From an uncultured Solirubrobacterales bacterium (GTDB lineage: Bacteria; Actinomycetota; Thermoleophilia; Solirubrobacterales; Solirubrobacteraceae), in the NCBI GenBank assembly GCA_963703395.1, contig OY969817.1, positions 1,673,702 to 1,713,701 on the forward strand: DNA of 40,000 bases, given 5' to 3'. Positions 8,857 through 16,400 of this stretch are shown in pieces. Numbering within the stretch: the stretch's first letter is position 1; every line of letters begins with the position of its first letter. The notes under the pieces were generated by a model. That model worked only from the letters and a program-made list of their open reading frames with translations, was not told the origin of the DNA and did no database searches. A program made the translations under genes and the position numbers.

Positions 8857-8954
8857 CGATAGATCGGCAAGACATGGGTCTCGCGCTCTAGCGGGACGAC
8901 TCAATGGCAGAGCCCCGGCAGACGCAACACATCACAACCCAGGCACTATCTTAT

Positions 8955-10461
8955 TAGTACTTTGTTAGGCTGATTGTGGCTGTTTCACTCATCTTGTGGC
9001 GGGTGGCGCAAGGGTAGGTTGGCGAGGTCTATCGGCTGGCGGCAGGTGTGGCAGTGTCCGGCCCAGCAGTCGAAGATGGGCTCGAGCAGGCGGACTGCTT
9101 GGGGGAGTGTGAGGTCCGCCGCCGGGCTTTTGGGTTCTGCCGCTCCAGGGTGAGGAAGGCGTGCGCGGCGGTGACGAGCGCGGTGTGGTGGTACCAGCCG
9201 AGCCAGGAGCGTCCCTCGTAGTGGTCGAGGCCGAGCTCGCCCTTGAGTTGCTTGTAGTCGAGCTCGATCATCCAGCGCAGCCTGGCTAGGCGCGCGAGGC
9301 GCTCGGGCTTGGTGTCGGCGGGGAGGTTTGAGATCCAGTAGTCGCCGGGAGCGTCGCGGCCCGCGGGCCACTCGATGATCAGCCACTCCTCGCGGGGTGC
9401 CTCGTTGTCGCGGGTGACCGGGTGCGCGGCGGTGACGCGCTTGAAGGCGAAGCGCGAGCGGACCCGCTGCTTGCCTTTGCCGCGGAAAGTGACGATGCGG
9501 AAGTCCTCGTCTGCGAGCGAGCGCGCGTACTGCTCGACCGAGACCGGCTTGCCCTCCGCGCGCAGCTTGCGTGACGCTGGCCCTCTGGCGCCCCGCCGGC
9601 GCTCGGGCACGGCAAAGACCGTACCCGCCTGGAAGATGGTCATATCGGGGTCGATCGAAAGCATGTAGTCGAACCCGCCGCCGTTCAGCGCGGTGCGCAG
9701 CCCAGTGTTCTCGCCGTAGGCCGCGTCGCCGAGCACCGGCGCGCGGTCGATCGCAAACGTGGCGGCGCGCTCGATCAACGCCTGCCCGAGCTGCGGCTTG
9801 GTCTGAAAGACGACGTGCTCGGGGACCTTGGCCTTGCGGCGGCGTTCGGGGTCATCACACCAATCCTCGGGCATATACAGATCCCAGCCCAACGGCAGCG
9901 TCGCGTGCTCGGAGACGGCGTGCAGCGAAACCCCGATCTGGCAGTTGCCGATCTTGCCGAGCGTGCCCGAGTACTGGCGCTTGACCCCCGGGGAGCGCTT
10001 GCCGTCCTTGGGGAACCCCGTGTCGTCCAGCACCCACGCCTCAGCGTCAACGACCGGCGCGACGCACTCGACGACCGCCTGCATCACACGCTCCGGGTCC
10101 CACGGGCTGTCGGCCAGAAACTGCTGCAGGCTCTGATAGTCGGCCTCGCCCGCCAGGCGCTCGACCAGCGGTTCAAGCGATTTACGCGGGCCGGCATGCA
10201 ACAGGCCACGCACGTAGCGCTCAGCGTTCTCGCGCTGGACCGGGTGATCCATCGACGCCAGCGCCACCCCGCCCACGAACTCCTCCAAGCGCTCCTTCAC
10301 CGCCCCCGCCAAGAAGGACACCGGGACGCCTTCCTGCGACACCGGCACAGCCTCCTCCATCATCACAGCAGACATATCCGCCCTCCCGCATCGAGTATCA
10401 ACGATGCAGGAAGTGTTCGCCACGCAACGAACAATACCTACAACAGCCTAACAAAGTACTA
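8955..10461 (-). mobile_element. IS701-family (IS4-like DDE) insertion sequence, apparently intact
   Basis: Terminal inverted repeats: tagtactttgttaggctg at 8955-8972 and its reverse complement at 10444-10461 (18/18), with further partial matches inward. It is flanked by a 4-bp direct repeat TTAT (8951-8954 and 10462-10465). Confidence 0.85.
9029..10423 (-). CDS. IS701 family transposase (DDE)
   Basis: 464-aa ORF with the typical IS701 N-terminus (ERYVRGLLHAGPRKSLEPLVERL...YQSLQQFLADSPWDPERV). It also has WVLDDTGFPKDGKRSPGVKRQYSGTLGKIGNCQIGVSL and a C-terminal YKQLKGELGLDHYEGRSWLGWYHH. Confidence 0.88.
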   Translation of the reverse strand: MANTSCIVDTRCGRADMSAVMMEEAVPVSQEGVPVSFLAGAVKERLEEFVGGVALASMDHPVQRENAERYVRGLLHAGPRKSLEPLVERLAGEADYQSLQQFLADSPWDPERVMQAVVECVAPVVDAEAWVLDDTGFPKDGKRSPGVKRQYSGTLGKIGNCQIGVSLHAVSEHATLPLGWDLYMPEDWCDDPERRRKAKVPEHVVFQTKPQLGQALIERAATFAIDRAPVLGDAAYGENTGLRTALNGGGFDYMLSIDPDMTIFQAGTVFAVPERRRGARGPASRKLRAEGKPVSVEQYARSLADEDFRIVTFRGKGKQRVRSRFAFKRVTAAHPVTRDNEAPREEWLIIEWPAGRDAPGDYWISNLPADTKPERLARLARLRWMIELDYKQLKGELGLDHYEGRSWLGWYHHTALVTAAHAFLTLERQNPKARRRTSHSPKQSACSSPSSTAGPDTATPAASR

Positions 10462-13400
10462 TTATGGCACCGCCCACGGCGCGCAGGCACCGTATTCGTT
10501 CTTCCCCCACGTGCTGAACTTGTACTGAGAACCCCAGTACGGGACATAGCTCTCACAGCCAACCGCAAAGTTAGCATTGTAGTTGGGAAGCGGTGCCCTC
10601 GGATTCGAGAGCGTCCCCAATCCGGTGGGAGCAAAGCTTTGCCAGCTACCTCCGTATTGGACTCTCGGAGCGCGGAACGTCAGAGGTTTCTCATACGTCC
10701 CTGGAGCGGTGTCATCTTCGCGGTGAGTCTCTGCCCCGGCGAGATCGGCATCTCCGAACGATGTGTTCGCCGGCAGATAGTAGATCCACAAACATTGGCC
10801 GCCCATTCGTGCTTCCACTTCGAGGCGACGTTTACGTCGAGTGTACCCCTGATATTGTTCGTATTCTGCCTTCTTGCCTTGTTTAACCACCCATGGACAT
10901 GCTTTGTCATAGCCCTTTGGTTGAATCCCCTTGGATTCGACCGCAAATTTGACTGGCGAGGAAGGGACTTGGCCGAGGGCAAAGATCTCGATAGAGCCCG
11001 GTTCGGGAGGGCTGTTTTGGAACTGAACTTGCTGGTATTCGATTAGGCCATCGTTTTCGCTTTTTGGCGCATTAAGATTGGTTCCGCGGACCTCAACGAA
11101 GGGGTTGTCCGTGCCGTCAGAGTTGTAGAAGACGCCCGCTTGCACGAAGACATACGGCGATTCATTCTGAAGCATGACCCACGATGAGGTGGGATAGCCC
11201 GGACTACGACAGAGAGACGCTGGACCCAGGAATGCGCGCACACCAGTAAACGTGTTTGGATGTTGTTCAGGGAATTCATCGATGACGGCGTCAAAACCCC
11301 CGCCGCCGTTAGAAGATGGGCAGCTGTGGTTCTCGTAGTTGACGTTGGGATCGGCGGTCTGTGAGATTTCCTGGATGAGGCCAGCGGTACCGGCGGAGGT
11401 TTCGCCGACGGCCCAACACGACGCGTGCGCGTGACAGGAGATCGCGAAAAGTTGACTGGCCGCAGGCACAGCTTCGTGACTTCCAGCGGTGACCGCAAAT
11501 ACACCTTGATTGAAGCTCGCGTTCTCCCCGACGGCCAGACAGGTCGCTTCGGCAACGCACGATATGCCTTTGAGGTAGCCCGAGACAGGCGGGATTATAT
11601 ATTCAGGTTTGGGGGGCGTCGTACGGAAGACCGTGGTTGGGGGTATCCCGTCAGTCACGGGCACGATGATCGTAGAGCCTGGAGTTTTTGTAGTGCCTGT
11701 CGCATCACACGAAACGCTGTTGAAGCAATCCACCGCCGACAGGCTCTCGGTTTCGCCGATGGTGTAAACAGTGTGGGACAGGGTCGCCCGCTGAATATCC
11801 ACAACTACACCTTCGGGTACGTGATTGTTGCCAACAGCCACACACGTGTTGCGGCAGGTCACGCCATGCAGATCCGATACTTGCTTGTGGCCGTTGCCAC
11901 TTAGATCGTGGGCGCCTCCTACTACCCCGTTGGTGATCGGCACCGCGATTCCCTGGGCCGCACCTCCACCCGCACCTTCGCCGGTGCCAACCGCCAGACA
12001 CGCCCCTGCGTTGTGACACGCAACTCCCTCGAGCGCGATCACGCTCGGAACAACCCGTGCTTTGCCTGGGGATCCGTTCATAATCGGCACCACGATCCCT
12101 TTAGCGGTGGAAGTGTTGCCGACCGCGAAGCACGAGGCGGACGTTTCGCAGGCGACCGCATATAGGTGAGTGCTGCCGGGCACGCTCATTGCTTTGCTGG
12201 GAAGCCCGTTCGATACCCCCACGACGACGCCTTCACCCGTCGGGGAGTTTCCGACGGCCACGCATGAGCGTTCCCCGGTACACGCGATCCCGTCGAGGAG
12301 CTTCACATCACTGGACACGTGGACCCCGGTCAGTCCCGCTTGGACGACGGGATGATCCAGAACGTGTTTCCCATTGATGATACTGCTGACCGTGTAGTAC
12401 GCCTGGCTCTCGGCGGCGGCTCCCGAGATGTATGCATCGGTCGAGCCGGCGGGCAGCCTCGTGATCGTCTGCGTGGAGCTTGGGCTGGCGAGGACCGCTT
12501 CGGGACTGACCGGAAATGGTGTGTCGAGCGTGGGCGTGGAGAAGACCTCGTAGCCTTCCGCGTTTGGGTCCTGTTCCCAGTGGATGTGGACGCTAGTTGA
12601 AGCCTGGTTGGTCGCGGTGAGCGCGTACAGTGGCGGTGGTGACATTTGTTCGATGCCTGCGCCCGGGGTGATTGCCTCACCTGCAAACGTCGCACTCGAA
12701 AGCGCTGGTTTGAACGTTGATTCGCTTGCGCCGTCAGGCACGAGGACGTAGGTGCCGCCGAACGTGTCGCCGGGCGCGAGTTCGGCGAACGTAACGGTGA
12801 ACTTCTGGTCGGGCTGGAAAATAAAGTGTTCGTGAGTGTTTTCGTCGATCGTGACGGCGACGTTGTAGAGGGGGACGTTGGCTTCGTTTCTCACGCCGAT
12901 GCGAACGTTGTACGGCACGCCCGCGTGCAGGGCGCCTTCGTCGGCGTAGACCTTGAGCGACAGGGCTTCCACGCCCCAGACGCGCAGGGGCTGCGCGAGT
13001 TCGGCGTGCAGGTCCACCGGGGCTTCGATAATGTTGAGCTTGCCATGGTAGTCGGCTGAGAGGTAGTAGTTGCCGGGGGTGTCGCCGCGGATGACCCAGT
13101 TCACGGTCTTGCTGCCGAGGCCCGGCACGTCTTCGACCGTCTGCGTTTCCTGCTGCGGCGTCGAGGTCGGTGCGAGGCTGATGCCTGGTGGCAGGTGGAG
13201 ACTCGCGCTGCCCGCGGTGAGCTTGAACGGTTCCGGGGAGAGGTTCTGGATCACCATGCTCACTTCGAAGAACTGCTTGAGTACGGTCGCCTTGCCGCGG
13301 AGGATCAGCCACTGGATCAACGGGTGACCGCCGATGAAGGCCGGCACGACGACGATGCCGCCGCCCTCGCACTCGTTGGGCGAGCATGTCCAACCGCCTC

Positions 13401-16400
13401 CGCCCCCGACAGCTCCGCCGCTCGGACCGACGAACTCGCCGCTGTTGTTGATGTAGCCGTGGAGCGTGGCGGGCGGCGTGCCTTCGATGAACGCGAGACG
13501 AACTTCGAATTCGTACACGTGCTGGTTGGCGGGGTCGTTGACGTTGATGCCAGCGGCTTCGATTTCCTTGAGGTTCAGTTCGTGGGACTTCAGCGTACTC
13601 GTGGCGACTTCACCGCTCACGAGCGTCAGGGTCGTGGTCCCGGCTCCCCCGGTGACGACCACATTCCCGACCAGCGGCCGGTATCCGCTCTCGTACGCGT
13701 AGACGGTGTCGGTGCCGTCCGGCAGGCCTTCGAGCGCCGCTTCACCTTCGGTGCCCGTCGTCGCCTGGACGCGCGTGCCGCCGGAGCCGACGTACAGCAC
13801 GGTCGCGCCAGCGATCGGGTGCCCTTCGTGGTCGACGGTCTTGATTTTGACGTTGTGTGCGGCCGGCGCCGACACGGTTACAGAGATGGATTGGTGGGCG
13901 GTTTCGGTGCCGCGTGAGACCGTCAAGGTCGCCGTGTATGATCCGGCGGCGGCGTACGTGTGGACCGGGCTCTTTTCGGTGCTCGTCGAGCCATCCCCGA
14001 ATTCCCAGTTGTAGTGTTCGATTTCGCTCGCGGGGGAGCTTCCGCTGCCGTCGAACACCACCGGCGCGCCGACGGTCGCGGTGAGGTTTTCACCGGCTGC
14101 CGCGTGCAGCGGGATGGGAACGACGACCGCGGTGGGAACTGAGGGCGCCGCGGGGCTTTCTCCGCCTGCGTTAACTGCGGTCTCTTCTATGCGAAGGGTG
14201 TGTCCAACATCGGCCATGGTCGGCTGGTAGGTCTCGTTGAGGGCACCGGTGATGAGCGCGCATTCTTCGCCAGCGCTGTTGCACCGCACCCACCGGTAGG
14301 TGTATGCGGTCGGTTCGTTCGTCCACGCGCCGTGCGACTCGACCAGCGTCTGGCCCTTTTCGGCGCTGCCGGCGATCTTGGGCGCGGTCAGGTTCACCGG
14401 GACTGCGATGGTCACCGCCGCGGTGGCGGCCGACGGTGCCGGCAGGCTCGCGCCCCCTGCGTTTTCCGCGGTTTCTTCGACTCTGATCGTGTGGCCGACG
14501 TCCTGTAGGGTCGGTGCGTAAGTTTCGCCCTGCGCCCCTGAGATAGCGCTACAGCTCATCCCGACGCTGTCGCACTGCACCCACTGCAGCTTGGTTTTGG
14601 TCGGAGTGTGTTCCCAGGTCCCGGCCTGGGATGTCAGCGTCTTGCCCTCTTGCGCAGTCCCGGTGACGGTCGGCGGCGCGATGTTGACAGGGGGCAACGG
14701 CAGCACAACCGAGGTGGCCGCCGATTCGGCGGGCTTGGAGGATCCGCCCTTGTTGATTGCGACCTCTTCAACGCGGATCGTGTGCCCAACATCCGACGTG
14801 ACCAGAACGTAGGTTTCGCCAGTCGCCATGGAGATAGCGGAGCATTCGCCGCCGGATTCGTTGCAGCGCAGCCACCGATGTTCGAACTGCTGCGGTTCGT
14901 TCGTCCAGCCGCCGTCTTCGACAGTCAGCGTCTGACCTTCCTTCGCAACCCCGGAGATTTTCGGTGGCGTAGTCTCTTCGGGTACGTGTGGGGTGACGGC
15001 CGCTGTCGCAGCGCTGAGCGCCGCCGCTCCCGCTCCGCCTGCGTTGACTGCGGTCTCTTCGACCTTGAGCTTTTCGCCGACGTCAGCCTTGGTGGGCGTG
15101 TATGTCTGCGAGGTGGCCCCTTCGATCGGCAGGCAGCCTTCGCCCAGGCTGTTACAGCGCAACCACTGCAGTTTGTAGCTCGTTGGCGTGTACTTCCAGG
15201 TGCCGTGTTCCTCGGTCAGCGTATGGCCCTGCTGGGGACTGCCGTTGATCGTCGGCGCGGTTTCGTCGACAGGTTCGTGCGGGAGAACTTCCGCGGTCGC
15301 TCCGGAGGTCGCCAGCTTGGATTCTCCGGTTTTGTTGATCGCCGACTCTTCGACCTTGAGCTTGTGACCGACGTCGGCTTCGCCCGGGACGTAAGTCGGT
15401 TCCGTGGCGCCGGTGATCTTTTCGTTGCATTCGGTTCCGGAGCTGTTGCACCGCAGCCACTGCAGCTTGTAGCTCGTAATCGGTTCGTTGGTCCAGGTGC
15501 CATGTTCCTCGGTCAGGATCTTGCCCTGCTGGGCGGTTCCCGAGATCTTCGGCGGGGTTATTTCTTCGGGCACGCCGACATAGGTGTAGTGGTCAGCTTC
15601 GCTCGTCGCGCTGGTCCCGCCGGGCGTTGTCACCGTCACATCAACCTGACCGCCCGCATGCGCGGGGCTTTCCGCCGTGATTTCGGTCGCCGTGTTCGTC
15701 TTGATCGTCGCGGAAGCAGCACTGAAGTGAACCGCGGTGGCACCTTCGAGGGCGGTGCCGATGATCGTCACGAGGGTGCCGCCAGCGGTAGTACCGCCGG
15801 CGGGGGAGACTTTGGTCACCGCCGGCATCGGCGGTGCTGCGGTAAACCTGAATTGTGAGCTGTGCGCCGTTCCAGAGCCATTGACGGCGACGAGCTCGAC
15901 GCAATATTCGTTGCCCGCGCTGAGTCCAGGCAGTTCGACCGAGACCTGGTGGAACGCCGCGTCCGTGAAGCCAAGGGTCGCAGGTGTGGTCAAGTGCGCG
16001 GGCGAGCCGGCGAGACCTTCGCTCGCGCACCATTCGGAGCTGGCCAGGTCGTAAGCGACGTGGTACTGAGTCGCCTGGCCGGAGGGATTGACTTGCCCTT
16101 CGACCATCGCGGTCGTCGCGCCGGTCGCGAACGCGTTCGAGGTGGATGCGGCTGGGAATCCGGCAAAGAACGTGACCTGCGAGCCGTGCGCGATTCCAGA
16201 GCCATTGACGGCGATGAGCTCGGCGCAGTATTCGTTGCCTGCGCTGAGTCCAGTAAGTTCGACTGAGACCTGGTGGGACGTGGCATCCGTGAAGCCCAGC
16301 GTCACCGGTGTGGTCGAGTGCGCCGGTGAGCCCGCGAGGCCACCGCTCGTGCACCATTCAGAGCTCGCCAGGTCATAGGCGACGTGATATTCGGTCGTCT

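Noticed and set aside
8268-8870. 200-aa minus-strand ORF across the integrase/IS110 junction
   Set aside because: Only its last ~45 codons carry integrase-like sequence. The rest is antisense to the IS110 transposase fragment, so it is a chimeric read-through rather than a gene.
14608-15858. 416-aa plus-strand ORF and many ~100-aa ORFs on both strands between 13.0 and 18.7 kb
   Set aside because: They are antisense or off-frame reflections of the giant gene. Their 324-bp spacing simply mirrors the coding tandem repeats.
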